In this document: piece after piece, positions 9,707 through 18,928 of the stretch
How positions within the stretch are numbered: the first letter of the stretch is position 1
Layout: every line of letters starts with the position of its first letter
From: an uncultured virus (IMG/VR IMGVR_UViG_3300036715_000434)
Lineage: Duplodnaviria; Heunggongvirae; Uroviricota; Caudoviricetes
Direction: 5' to 3' (one strand)
DNA length: 64,000 nucleotides
Virus record (IMG/VR): IMGVR_UViG_3300036715_000434
Notes under the pieces: model-generated
Database searches by the model: none
What the model was told of the DNA's origin: nothing
Seen by the model: the letters and a program-made list of their open reading frames with translations, nothing else
Position numbers and translations under genes: made by a program

Positions 9707-10315
9707 ATGAACCGCATCAAGTCTCTGGTGGCCTCGATCGCTGCCTTCGTTCTGGCCATCCTGTTTGGCCCGCCGTCGTTTCGCCTCCGTACCTGTGACG
9801 TGGCCTTCACGTACCGCATGGGCGCTGGCTTCCCCGGCGACATCAACCGCACCCACCCGTTCAGCATCATGCCTGGCCTGGCCAACGTCACCACGCCCCC
9901 GCGCAACTACGGCGACCCGGTGCTGGTCGATACCGCGACCAACTCCTACAGGGGCGTGGTCTCTGGTGACCAGTCGGCAACCCCGCTGGCTTTCCAAGGC
10001 GTGATCGTGAGACCCTACCCGATGCAGCAATCCTCGGGTGGTATGTCGTCGGCTATCGGCACGGCAGCGGCTCCGACCACGGGTGTCATCGACATCTGTG
10101 AAGATGGCTACATCATGGTCAAGATCCCGCCCGGCGTGACCGTGACCAAGAACGGCACCGTCTACGTCTGGTGCGCTGCCAACTCCGGCAACCACGTCCA
10201 AGGAGCCTGTGAAGGCGCCGCCTCGGCTGGCAACACCGTCCCGGTCATCAACGCGAAGTTCAACGGCCCCGCCGACTCTAGTGGCAACGTTGAAATCCGC
10301 GTGATGGCTCTGTAA
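9707..10315 (+). CDS. Capsid decoration/cement protein
   Basis: Between protease and capsid; YRMGAGFPGDINR, GVIVRPYP, GYIMV motifs; AAGGA RBS before ATG 9707. Confidence 0.75.
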   Translation: MNRIKSLVASIAAFVLAILFGPPSFRLRTCDVAFTYRMGAGFPGDINRTHPFSIMPGLANVTTPPRNYGDPVLVDTATNSYRGVVSGDQSATPLAFQGVIVRPYPMQQSSGGMSSAIGTAAAPTTGVIDICEDGYIMVKIPPGVTVTKNGTVYVWCAANSGNHVQGACEGAASAGNTVPVINAKFNGPADSSGNVEIRVMAL

Positions 10316-10350
10316 TCCCTTCGGCCAACTTACCAAGGAAACCAAGCATC

Positions 10351-11481
10351 ATGAACAAAATCTTTGTGCCGAAGCGGACCATCGTTCGCGCCCGCACCGT
10401 CGACCACGCGATGACGTTCGACAACGCCCCCGCGGGCACCATCGACCTGCGTGGCAATCAGCGCGGCGTGGTTCTGGATCACACCTACCGCACCCACGAC
10501 GGTCGCACCGTTGACTCGACGGGCGCATTCCTGGTGGGCGAGCTGGAACGTCTGGACCAGACCCTGCACATGCCGCTGGTGGCCGTGAGCTGGTCGCGCG
10601 ACGTGGACCTCCGCGAGGATGTCTCGATCGCCGACGAGAACTCGTCGTTCACCCTGTCGACGTTCGCCTCCGCTGGCTCGCTGGGCGCTGGCAACAGCAT
10701 CCGCAACGGCAAGGCCTGGATCGGCAAGGCCACGGACCAGATCGGCGGCGTGTCGGTCGACATCGGCAAGTACCCCCAACCCCTGACCCCGTGGGGCCTG
10801 GAGGTCAAGTTCTCCATCCTCGAACTTGAGTCGGCGGCCAAGGCCGGCCGTCCCATCGACGAGCAGAAGCTGGCCGGCCTGAAGCTGAAGCACCAGATGG
10901 ACATCGACGAGATGGTCTACGCCGGTGACTCTTCGCTGGTCGCTGGGGGTCTGGTCAATCACACGCTGGTGACCAACGTCAGCAATGTGCCGAACGGCGC
11001 CAGCGCCAGCCCGCTGTGGTCGAGCAAGACGCCGGATGAAATCCTGGCCGACGTGAACGCGGTGATCACCTCGGTCTGGGCCGCGTCGGGCTGGAAGGTC
11101 ATGCCCTCCAAGATCCTGCTGCCGCCCACCCAGTTCGGCTACATCTCGACTGCCAAGGTCTCGTCGGCCGGTAACGTCTCCATCCTGAAGTACGTGTTGG
11201 AGAACAACGTCCTGAAGGCCTCGGGCCAAGGCGAGCTGGAGATCCAGCCGGCCAAGTGGTTGATCGGCGCCGGGGCGGGGGGCACCCTGGGCACCGCGGG
11301 CACCGTCGACCGCATGGTCTGCTACACGCAGCAGAAGGACTACCTGCGCTATCCGATGACCATGCTGCAAAAGACGCCGATCCAGTACGACTCGATCTAC
11401 CACAAGACGACGTACTACTGCCGTCTAGGCGTCCTCGAAGTGGTCTACCCCGAGACCATTGGCTATCGCGACGGCCTGTAA
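10351..11481 (+). CDS. Major capsid protein (DUF2184 family, HK97 fold)
   Basis: GAFLVGELERLD, ELESA.K.GRPID..K, W..KTPDEIL.D, VVYPET..YRDG motifs. Confidence 0.9.
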   Translation: MNKIFVPKRTIVRARTVDHAMTFDNAPAGTIDLRGNQRGVVLDHTYRTHDGRTVDSTGAFLVGELERLDQTLHMPLVAVSWSRDVDLREDVSIADENSSFTLSTFASAGSLGAGNSIRNGKAWIGKATDQIGGVSVDIGKYPQPLTPWGLEVKFSILELESAAKAGRPIDEQKLAGLKLKHQMDIDEMVYAGDSSLVAGGLVNHTLVTNVSNVPNGASASPLWSSKTPDEILADVNAVITSVWAASGWKVMPSKILLPPTQFGYISTAKVSSAGNVSILKYVLENNVLKASGQGELEIQPAKWLIGAGAGGTLGTAGTVDRMVCYTQQKDYLRYPMTMLQKTPIQYDSIYHKTTYYCRLGVLEVVYPETIGYRDGL

Positions 11482-11567
11482 GCCATCGCGCTCGTCCAAC
11501 CCCCTGAGTGACTGAGCCGGGCCCTTCACTGAGCCCGGCTCTCTTGCCATCAAACACAGGAGCCTAC

Positions 11568-11879
11568 ATGGCCACGAAGCAGCAACAAGCCAAGAAGTCC
11601 CGCCGCGCCGTGCTGGTGCCAGATTCCAGCAAGACTTCGATCTCCGACCCCGCCGAGGTGGTGGAGAAGACCACCGGCGAAAAGATCACACTCGGTGAAC
11701 GCGACACCTCTGCCGACGGCGAGAAGGTCACGGTCATCGTTCCCAAGGCCTTCACCCTGACGCTCGACGACGGGACCCCGATGCCGTTTCACGCTGGCAC
11801 GCAAGAGATGTCGGTGGAGCACGCAGCCCACTGGTTCTCGCGCGCTCAAGGCGTCAAGGTCTACTCCCCAGGAAAGTAA
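11568..11879 (+). CDS. Small head-associated hypothetical protein
   Basis: CAGGAG RBS before ATG 11568; V.VPKAFTL...F.AG......A.HWF pattern after the capsid gene. Confidence 0.6.
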   Translation: MATKQQQAKKSRRAVLVPDSSKTSISDPAEVVEKTTGEKITLGERDTSADGEKVTVIVPKAFTLTLDDGTPMPFHAGTQEMSVEHAAHWFSRAQGVKVYSPGK

Positions 11880-11882
11880 GCC

Positions 11883-12338
11883 ATGACCGTCACCGCAGCA
11901 TCTTTCCGTGTAGCCTTCCCTGCCTTCGCCAACCCTGTGAAGTTCCCGGCAGGCATGGTGGATCTGTGGTTGTCGACGGCGGTCAAGCTCATCAACGCGG
12001 CCAAGTGGGGCGACCTCGCCGACCTTGGCGCGCAACTGATGGCCGCCCACTACCTAGCGCTTGAAGCCCAGGCCGTGAACTCAGCCACCGGTGCCCGCAT
12101 GCCGGGGGCCTCGGTCGGCGTCCTGAGTTCCAAGTCGGCTCAAGGGGTGAGCGCAAGCTACGATGTTTCAACGGCTACCGAGAAAGACGCTGGCCACTGG
12201 AACATGACCACCTACGGCACCCGATACATTCGCTTGGCCCGGATGATGGGCGCCGGCCCGGTGCAGGTGGGGGTTCCAGGCACGGAAGATTCTGAGAACT
12301 CGATCGCCTGGCCTGGCGTCACGCTTCCGCCGTGGTGA
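11883..12338 (+). CDS. Head-tail adaptor (DUF4054 family)
   Basis: FR..FPAF, L.AAHYL, SKS..GVSASYD, W..T.YG..Y motifs. Confidence 0.85.
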   Translation: MTVTAASFRVAFPAFANPVKFPAGMVDLWLSTAVKLINAAKWGDLADLGAQLMAAHYLALEAQAVNSATGARMPGASVGVLSSKSAQGVSASYDVSTATEKDAGHWNMTTYGTRYIRLARMMGAGPVQVGVPGTEDSENSIAWPGVTLPPW

Positions 12339-12344
12339 TCCTCG

Positions 12345-12923
12345 ATGGCCACAAGTGGCAAGAATCCGTTCTTGAAGATCAAGACAGACGACCTTGAGTC
12401 GATGCAGTCCACCTTCAAGGCGCTGACGGAGATGACCGTGCTGGTGGGCTTCCCTGAAGACACCACCCAACGCACGGACGAGTCGGTTGGGAATCGGGAG
12501 ATCACCAACGCGGCTCTTGGCTACATTCATGACACCGGGATGCCCGAGCAGAACATCCCTGCTCGCCCGTTCATGATCCCAGGCATGAATGAGGTCGAGG
12601 ACAAGGTGGCTGACCAACTGACCTCGCTGGCAAAGAAGGCTCTTACCAAGCGAATTGCCTCCGAGGTCATCAAGGGCTGGGAGCGCGTCGGCGTCATCGC
12701 AATGACCGGGCTCAAGCGGAAGATCAACGAAGGCATCCCGCCCCCTCTGGCTGAGTCTACGCTGCGCAAGCGTGGGGCCAAGGGAGATGCGGGTAGCCTC
12801 TGGGAACTCGCCTGGCGCGAGGCAGGCGCCGAGCCAGGCACAGACACAGCGAAGCCCCTGATAGTCACCGGGCAGCTTCGCAACGCCATCAACTACGTCA
12901 TCCGCAAACGCAAGGGGAAGTGA
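12345..12923 (+). CDS. Neck / tail-completion protein
   Basis: ITNAALGYIH..G....NIPARPF, PPLAESTL, KPLIVTGQLRNAI motifs. Confidence 0.8.
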   Translation: MATSGKNPFLKIKTDDLESMQSTFKALTEMTVLVGFPEDTTQRTDESVGNREITNAALGYIHDTGMPEQNIPARPFMIPGMNEVEDKVADQLTSLAKKALTKRIASEVIKGWERVGVIAMTGLKRKINEGIPPPLAESTLRKRGAKGDAGSLWELAWREAGAEPGTDTAKPLIVTGQLRNAINYVIRKRKGK

Positions 12924-13307
12924 ATGCCACTGCTCGACTTCACCGACATCATTGAGGATCCGGACCTCGCCGACAGCTTCGATGTCGTGCGCCGCATCGA
13001 AACGATTGACGAGGCCACCGGTCGTCCATCCATCTCCGAGTCGACCTACCGCAATCAGGTGGGCTCCGTGGTGCCAGGCGACCCCCACAACGTCGTCAGA
13101 ACCCCAGAAGGGCAGATGACCGGCCGGACCATCTCCGTGATCTCACGCTTCCGCTTCCGTGGGGCTGGGGATGGGCATCAGCCAGATCACGTCGTCCATC
13201 AAGGCGTTCGCTTCACCGTCAACGCACTTGTGCCATGGACTCACTTCGGGGCTGGCTTTGTGCTGGCTGTGGCTCAGTCTCAATCCGCCGCTGACCCGGC
13301 GCCCTGA
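12924..13307 (+). CDS. Head-closure protein
   Basis: MPLLDFTD...DPDLAD and ..GAGFV.A motifs; synteny. Confidence 0.7.
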   Translation: MPLLDFTDIIEDPDLADSFDVVRRIETIDEATGRPSISESTYRNQVGSVVPGDPHNVVRTPEGQMTGRTISVISRFRFRGAGDGHQPDHVVHQGVRFTVNALVPWTHFGAGFVLAVAQSQSAADPAP

Positions 13308-13309
13308 CC

Positions 13310-13885
13310 ATGCCTTCTGCAAATTCCTCAGTCGCTGGCTACCTGTCACCGTCCGCCGAGCCCCTCGACGACGATGATCTGGAAGACATCATGCACGACG
13401 CCATCGTGGGGCTCACGGGCATCACGGGCGACTTGGTCAGGCCTCGCTGGCAGCCCGAGCCCGCGCAGCAGCCGGCCTTCTCGGCCAACTGGGTGGCATT
13501 CGGCATCACGCGCTGGACCCCCGACACGTATTCCTACCAACGCCAGGATGACGACTTCAATCATGTGGTTGAGCGCGACATACTTTTGTACGTCCTGCAT
13601 TCGTTCTACGGTCCCAAGAGCATGGGGCTTTGCAATCGCTTCCGTGACAGCTTCGACATAGCCCAGAACCGTGACCAGCTCGTCGCGGCTGGCATCGAAC
13701 TCGTTGAAGTACAGGAGGCCTTGAACATCCCAGCACTCTTGAAGGCAGTTTGGGTTAAGAGGGTCGATGTGGTGGTGGTCTACCGGCGCCGCACTTCGAG
13801 AACATTCCCGGTCCTTACAATTAGCACTGGTCAACTTGGCCTCGACAACGAAGCCTACGTGACCCCCATCATCGTCAACCCGTGA
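13310..13885 (+). CDS. Tail terminator / neck protein
   Basis: LVRPRWQPEP, W.AFGI, SFYGP motifs; precedes sheath. Confidence 0.72.
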   Translation: MPSANSSVAGYLSPSAEPLDDDDLEDIMHDAIVGLTGITGDLVRPRWQPEPAQQPAFSANWVAFGITRWTPDTYSYQRQDDDFNHVVERDILLYVLHSFYGPKSMGLCNRFRDSFDIAQNRDQLVAAGIELVEVQEALNIPALLKAVWVKRVDVVVVYRRRTSRTFPVLTISTGQLGLDNEAYVTPIIVNP

Positions 13886-13895
13886 AGGAATCACC

Positions 13896-15380
13896 ATGAC
13901 GCAACAACTTCCGGTTTCCCGTCTGATCAATGTCGGCGTCACGCTGACTCCCGCCGGGGCCATCGCACAGAACCTTTCCACCCTGCTCATCTTGGGCACC
14001 ACGGCCGTGATCGACACGACCGAACGCTACCGTGACTACGACACGCTGGCTGAGGTGGCAGCTGACTTCGGGAACACCACGCCCGAATACAAGGCCGCCA
14101 ACCTCTGGTTCCAGCAGGCTCCCCAGCCCCGCTCTGTGAAGATCGGCCGCTGGGCCAATGTGGCCTCGACGGGCGGCCTGCGAGGAGCCTTCCGTTCCGT
14201 GGCGCAGCAGTCGATCACGGCCTGGAACCTGATCACCTCGGGCGGCTTCGTCTACTCAAAGAACGGCTCGGCCCAGGTTTCGGTCTCTGGCCTGAACTTC
14301 AGTGGCGCCACCAACCTGAACAACGTGGCCTCCATCATCACGGCTGCATTGAGTGGCATGACGGTGGTCTGGAATGCGGTGATGTCTCGTTTCGAGGCGG
14401 TCTCCACCCTGACGGGTGTGACCTCTGTCGTGGCTTTCTTCACGGCGCCTGGCGCTGGCACCGACATCTCGACGGTGATGGGTATGACCGCGGCCGACTC
14501 GGGGGCCTATTCGTACACCGGCGCCGCCGCCGAATCGGCCCTGAGCGTGGTCACTCTGTTCGACCAGAACTTCGGGCAGGCTTGGTACGCCGTCACGGTC
14601 ATCGGTGCGGTCAATGCCGACCATGTGGCAATCGCCGGCTACATCGAGGCGGCCAACACCAAGCATCTGTACGGCGTCACCACGCAAGAGGCCGGGGTCC
14701 TGGTCGCCGGTGATACGTCGAGCATCGCATCCCAGCTTCAGGTCCTGGCCTACAAGAAGACGGTAGTGCAGTTCTCGTCGGTGAACCCCTACGCGGTGAT
14801 CTCCGCTCTGGCGCGGATCCTCACGACCGACTACACCGGCAATAACACGGTCATCACCCTGATGTACAAACAAGAGCCGGGGATCGTGGCCGAGGCCCTG
14901 TCGTCGACTCAGGCGAACGCACTCACCGCGAAGAACTGCAACGTGTTCGTTGGATACAACAACAACACCGCGATCTTCCAGACCGGCGTCTGCTCCTCAG
15001 GCGACTTTATCGACGTGATCACCTCGACGGACTGGCTGGCGATTGCACTGCAGACCGCGCTCTACAACCTGCTCTACACCAGCACGACGAAGATCCCACA
15101 GACCGACACCGGCACGAACATGATGGTGACCACGGTCGAGAGCGTCTGCTCGCAGGCGGTGATCAACGGCATGCTTGCGCCTGGCTCGTGGAACTCTGGC
15201 GGCTTCGGTTCGCTGAAGATGGGCGACTATCTTCCCAAGGGCTTCTACGTCTACGCACCCAAGGTCTCCGCGCAGGACCCCGCTCTGCGCGCCGCGCGTC
15301 ACTCGGTCCCGATCCAGGTGGCGGTCAAGCTCGCCGGTGCAGTTCACGACATCAACGTCTCCGTCACGGTCAACCAATAA
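13896..15380 (+). CDS. Contractile tail sheath protein (DUF3383 family)
   Basis: EYKAA..WF.Q.PQP, ITLMYKQEPG, KIPQTD.G, KGFYVY, KLAGAVH motifs. Confidence 0.9.
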   Translation: MTQQLPVSRLINVGVTLTPAGAIAQNLSTLLILGTTAVIDTTERYRDYDTLAEVAADFGNTTPEYKAANLWFQQAPQPRSVKIGRWANVASTGGLRGAFRSVAQQSITAWNLITSGGFVYSKNGSAQVSVSGLNFSGATNLNNVASIITAALSGMTVVWNAVMSRFEAVSTLTGVTSVVAFFTAPGAGTDISTVMGMTAADSGAYSYTGAAAESALSVVTLFDQNFGQAWYAVTVIGAVNADHVAIAGYIEAANTKHLYGVTTQEAGVLVAGDTSSIASQLQVLAYKKTVVQFSSVNPYAVISALARILTTDYTGNNTVITLMYKQEPGIVAEALSSTQANALTAKNCNVFVGYNNNTAIFQTGVCSSGDFIDVITSTDWLAIALQTALYNLLYTSTTKIPQTDTGTNMMVTTVESVCSQAVINGMLAPGSWNSGGFGSLKMGDYLPKGFYVYAPKVSAQDPALRAARHSVPIQVAVKLAGAVHDINVSVTVNQ

Positions 15381-15392
15381 GGACCATCCATC

Positions 15393-15830
15393 ATGAAGAC
15401 CTACAGCTTTCTTGAAGTCCAGGCCGCGCTCGTGGGGCCTGGTGGCGTCATCCCGCTCGGCAATGGCGCCGGCGTCAGTGACGAGGGCATCAGCGTCGAT
15501 CCGACCGCAGAGGTCGACACGATGGTGATCGGGGCCGATGGTGAAGGCATGCACTCTCTGCACGCCGACAAGTCCGGCAAGATCACGGTGCGCCTGTTGA
15601 AGACCTCGCCGACCAACGGTCTGCTCTCTGCGATGCTGGCCTTTCAGCGATCGTCGGCGGCCACGCACGGTCAGAACACGATCACGATCGTTGACATGGC
15701 CCGTGGTGAAACGACCACCTGCCAACAGGTCGCGTTCACGAAGCAGCCCGCGGTCACCTATGGCAAGGAGGCCCAGCTCGTTGAGTGGGACTTCAACGCC
15801 ATCAAGATCGACGTGGCCCTCGGTATCTGA
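15393..15830 (+). CDS. Tail tube protein (DUF3277 family)
   Basis: TYSFL, IGADGEGMHSLHA.KSG.ITVRLLKTSP.N motifs. Confidence 0.88.
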   Translation: MKTYSFLEVQAALVGPGGVIPLGNGAGVSDEGISVDPTAEVDTMVIGADGEGMHSLHADKSGKITVRLLKTSPTNGLLSAMLAFQRSSAATHGQNTITIVDMARGETTTCQQVAFTKQPAVTYGKEAQLVEWDFNAIKIDVALGI

Positions 15831-15860
15831 GACCCTTCCAGCTAACCCCTAGGACAACAA

Positions 15861-16274
15861 ATGGCTCAGTTTGAACTCAATGGCGCGGCATACACCTCCG
15901 GGCGTTTGGACGCGATGAAGCAGTTTCACGTCACCCGGCGTCTTCTCCCGATCCTCGCGGAGATGGGCATGTCTGCTTCCATGCTCGCGCAGTTGCGTGA
16001 AGAGGAAGCGACGGGCGGCATCGTGGGCGTCATGGGACCTGTGATGGACATCATCTCCAAGATGCCCGACGAAGATGTCGAGTACATCGTGCGCACCTGC
16101 CTGGCGGTGGTGAAGCGTCAGCAGGGTGAAGCGTGGGCCCCGGTTCAAGCGGCCAACGGGCACTTGATGTTCGCTGACATCGACATGACTGTGATGATCC
16201 GGCTGACCATTGAAGTCTTGAAGGGCAATCTGGAGGGTTTTTTCGGAACTCCGCCAAGCGCCGCGAAGCTCTGA
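15861..16274 (+). CDS. Tail assembly chaperone (short form)
   Basis: LDAMKQFHV.RRL.P motif; lies between tube and tape measure. Confidence 0.8.
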   Translation: MAQFELNGAAYTSGRLDAMKQFHVTRRLLPILAEMGMSASMLAQLREEEATGGIVGVMGPVMDIISKMPDEDVEYIVRTCLAVVKRQQGEAWAPVQAANGHLMFADIDMTVMIRLTIEVLKGNLEGFFGTPPSAAKL

Positions 16275-16495
16275 AGAGTTTCCGTAGTTTGGCGGTGGCT
16301 TACGAAGGGGCCGGTCCTGATTTTGTGGCTATGGTTGATCACGAGGACTGGGTGCTGCGCCCGGTCCTTCGTGGTTTATGCAAGTACGAGAGTCTGCTCG
16401 ACGGCACCTTGACCCTTGAAGACGTTGACCTGCTTAATGAAGCCCTCGATGTTGAGGCTGAGAACCACTTCCGCAGTAAACCGAAAAAGGGCTGA
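16235..16495 (+). CDS. -1 frameshift extension of the tail assembly chaperone (G-T type)
   Basis: Slippery G GGT TTT at 16235-16241; -1 frame open through WVLRPV..GLCKYESL.DG.L.L.DV. Confidence 0.75.
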   Translation, partial: GFFRNSAKRREALKSFRSLAVAYEGAGPDFVAMVDHEDWVLRPVLRGLCKYESLLDGTLTLEDVDLLNEALDVEAENHFRSKPKKG

Positions 16496-16501
16496 CGCAC
16501 C

Positions 16502-17941
16502 ATGGCTGCTGACATCAAGATCCTCCGCGAGTACCTACTGCTGCTCGGCTTCAAGATCGACGAGGCCGGGCACAACAAGTTTGACCTGACCGTAGGCAAG
16601 TCGACCGGGAAGGTCGGCGGTCTGGCCGCACAGGCCTGGATCGCGGCAAAGGCCGTCAACAACATGGTGACGCAGTTCGCCAGGTCGATGGAGCGGATGT
16701 ACTACGCTTCGATCAAGGCGGATAGCACGGCGAGCAGCCTGGCGGCCATCACCTACGGCGCCAAGCAGATCGGGATCAGTAGCGAAGCGATGCAGGGGGC
16801 TATCGAAAAGGTGGCCATGTCGCTCCGGATGAATCCCGGCATGATTGCTTTTGCCGAGAGCTTCGGGGTGACTGTCAAGGGACGGGATGTCTCTGATGTG
16901 GCGCGCGACCTCGTCAAATCATGGTCGAAGCTGCCGTTCTACCAAGGGGCGCAGATTGCTCAGATGTTCGGCATCGGCCCCGACGAGTTCCTGCTCTGGT
17001 CAAAGGGCCAGGAGAAGCTCGACGCCCTGGCGGCATCACAGAAGGACATGGCCAAAGAAGCTGGCCTCGATCTTGAGCAGGCCAAGAACGAAGGACTAGA
17101 GTACGCCAACATGCTCGACAGGCTCTCTGAACGCTTCAGCATCCTGAAGCAGATCACGATGCGAGAGCTGCTGCCTACCTTCAAGGACCTGGCTGGCATC
17201 ACTGAACGGGTTCTCGTAGGGGTCTCCAAGCTGGCCGATCTTTGGGGCAAGGCGGCCGTCGTGAAAGAGCACGCCGGGCAGACTTGGTGGGACCACCTCA
17301 AGTTCTTGATGAGTGGCCAGGCGGCAAGAGATGCCATGGATCTTGTCAACGGCGGGAGCGGGGCTGGGAGGCGCGCGACGGGCACGGTGGGCAGTGAGCC
17401 CTTGCCTGGCGCCGGATCGTCGCAGCAAGGGGGCGTTCCGGCCATCCTAGGCAACCTGGAGAGGCAGTACGGGTTGCCTGATGGCTTCCTCGACCGCATG
17501 TGGGCGGCTGAATCGGGCCGGGGCAAGAACAAGCTAGGTCGGATGACGAAGTACGGCCAGGCCAAGGGTGACTTCCAATTCATCGACTCCACAGCTAAGC
17601 AATACGGGGTCGATGTCAACAGTTTTGAGAGCTCTGCCACTGGCGCGGCTCGCTACATGTCTGACCTTATGAAGATGTTCGGAGGCGACATCGTCAAGGC
17701 CACCGCGGCCTACAACTGGGGCCCAGGCGACAAGCACCTGCCTTATCTCAGGGCCGGTCAGGTACCAGCAGAGACCATGGACTACGTCAACAAGATACTG
17801 CCTGGCCAGGGCATCAACCTGACCACGATCGTGAATGTCAGCGGCGCGGGTGATCCCAAGGCCACCGGGGCCATCGTCGCCAAGGCCGTGAACGATACGA
17901 ACTCAGCCATCCTCCGCAACCTCGCAAGCAAGGACCGTTGA
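16502..17941 (+). CDS. Tape measure protein with a C-terminal lytic transglycosylase (SLT) domain
   Basis: LREYLLLLGFKIDE N-terminus; AES, AKG.FQF, AARY, AAYNWGPG motifs. Confidence 0.88.
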   Translation: MAADIKILREYLLLLGFKIDEAGHNKFDLTVGKSTGKVGGLAAQAWIAAKAVNNMVTQFARSMERMYYASIKADSTASSLAAITYGAKQIGISSEAMQGAIEKVAMSLRMNPGMIAFAESFGVTVKGRDVSDVARDLVKSWSKLPFYQGAQIAQMFGIGPDEFLLWSKGQEKLDALAASQKDMAKEAGLDLEQAKNEGLEYANMLDRLSERFSILKQITMRELLPTFKDLAGITERVLVGVSKLADLWGKAAVVKEHAGQTWWDHLKFLMSGQAARDAMDLVNGGSGAGRRATGTVGSEPLPGAGSSQQGGVPAILGNLERQYGLPDGFLDRMWAAESGRGKNKLGRMTKYGQAKGDFQFIDSTAKQYGVDVNSFESSATGAARYMSDLMKMFGGDIVKATAAYNWGPGDKHLPYLRAGQVPAETMDYVNKILPGQGINLTTIVNVSGAGDPKATGAIVAKAVNDTNSAILRNLASKDR

Positions 17942-17942
17942 T

Positions 17943-18614
17943 ATGAGCGGCGCTCTCGGTTTCGCACTCGCAGCGGGCCAGCTTGGCCTGTCTGCCATTC
18001 AAGTTCGGCCCCAACGGTCAATGGGCCCCTTCACGGCCTACGTCACGATTGAAGAGGTCCACCAAGACACGTTGGAGATCAGCCAGCATCCGGTTGATGT
18101 GGGGGCTGAGGTCGCCGACCACTCGTATCGACGCGGCGCGCAACTGACACTCAAAGGCGGCTACAGTGATAGCCCAACTCCCAAGGGCTTGTTGGAAGGC
18201 CTGGCCTCTGCCGTCACCGGGACCATCAAAGGCGTGCAGTCTTTGGTCTCAGGCAACAACGCCAGCCAGGTCAAAGCCACTTACGAGAAGATGCTTGCCC
18301 TACAGAACCTGCGGGTCCCCTTCGCGGTCTTGACAGGCAAGCGTGAGTACCACAACATGATCATGCGCTCGCTGCGCGTGACGACCGATGTCAGCAGCTC
18401 GAACGTCTTGCTGTTCACGGCAGAGCTGCAGGAGATCATCTTGGTCAAGCCGCGCCGGATCGACTTGAACACCGCTCCGGCCGATGCTCAGACCAACCCA
18501 TCCGACACGCAGCCGGTTGTTGGCCGCGGGCGCGCGGGCTTGGTCGAGGCGGAGAACTTCAATGCGGCGGCCGCCCCGCCGATGACTCCCCACCCCTACG
18601 TCGCTAAGGGCTGA
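17943..18614 (+). CDS. Baseplate / tube-initiator (Dit-like) protein
   Basis: EE.H.D.LEI..HPV..GA...DH, TGKR.Y.NM motifs. Confidence 0.78.
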   Translation: MSGALGFALAAGQLGLSAIQVRPQRSMGPFTAYVTIEEVHQDTLEISQHPVDVGAEVADHSYRRGAQLTLKGGYSDSPTPKGLLEGLASAVTGTIKGVQSLVSGNNASQVKATYEKMLALQNLRVPFAVLTGKREYHNMIMRSLRVTTDVSSSNVLLFTAELQEIILVKPRRIDLNTAPADAQTNPSDTQPVVGRGRAGLVEAENFNAAAAPPMTPHPYVAKG

Positions 18615-18616
18615 AC

Positions 18617-18928
18617 ATGACCCCCTTTGAAGTTCCTCTGACCGCCCAGGCGCAGACGTTCAGCGTCGCAGGGTCGGTGAACACCTACAACCTCCGCGTG
18701 ACATGGTGTGGCCCGTCGGCCTGCTGGATCCTCGACATCTACGACGGCCTCAACGCGCCGCTGGTTCTGGGCATCCCCATGGTCACCGGGGTCGACCTGC
18801 TCGCGCAGTATGAGTACCTGGGGATCGGCGGAGCTCTGGTCGTGCAGACCGACTCGGATCCTGGCGCAGTGCCGACCTATCAATCGTTGGGTATCACCGG
18901 CCACCTGTATTACGTGGTGAACCCATGA
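18617..18928 (+). CDS. Small baseplate protein
   Basis: W.LDI......LV.GIP.VTG.DLLAQY.YLG motif. Confidence 0.75.
   Translation: MTPFEVPLTAQAQTFSVAGSVNTYNLRVTWCGPSACWILDIYDGLNAPLVLGIPMVTGVDLLAQYEYLGIGGALVVQTDSDPGAVPTYQSLGITGHLYYVVNP

Noticed and set aside
11514..11541. GAGCCGGGC/GCCCGGCTC hairpin after the capsid gene as a terminator
   Set aside because: Only a weak pyrimidine tail follows; more likely an mRNA-stabilising or attenuating stem, so it was not called.
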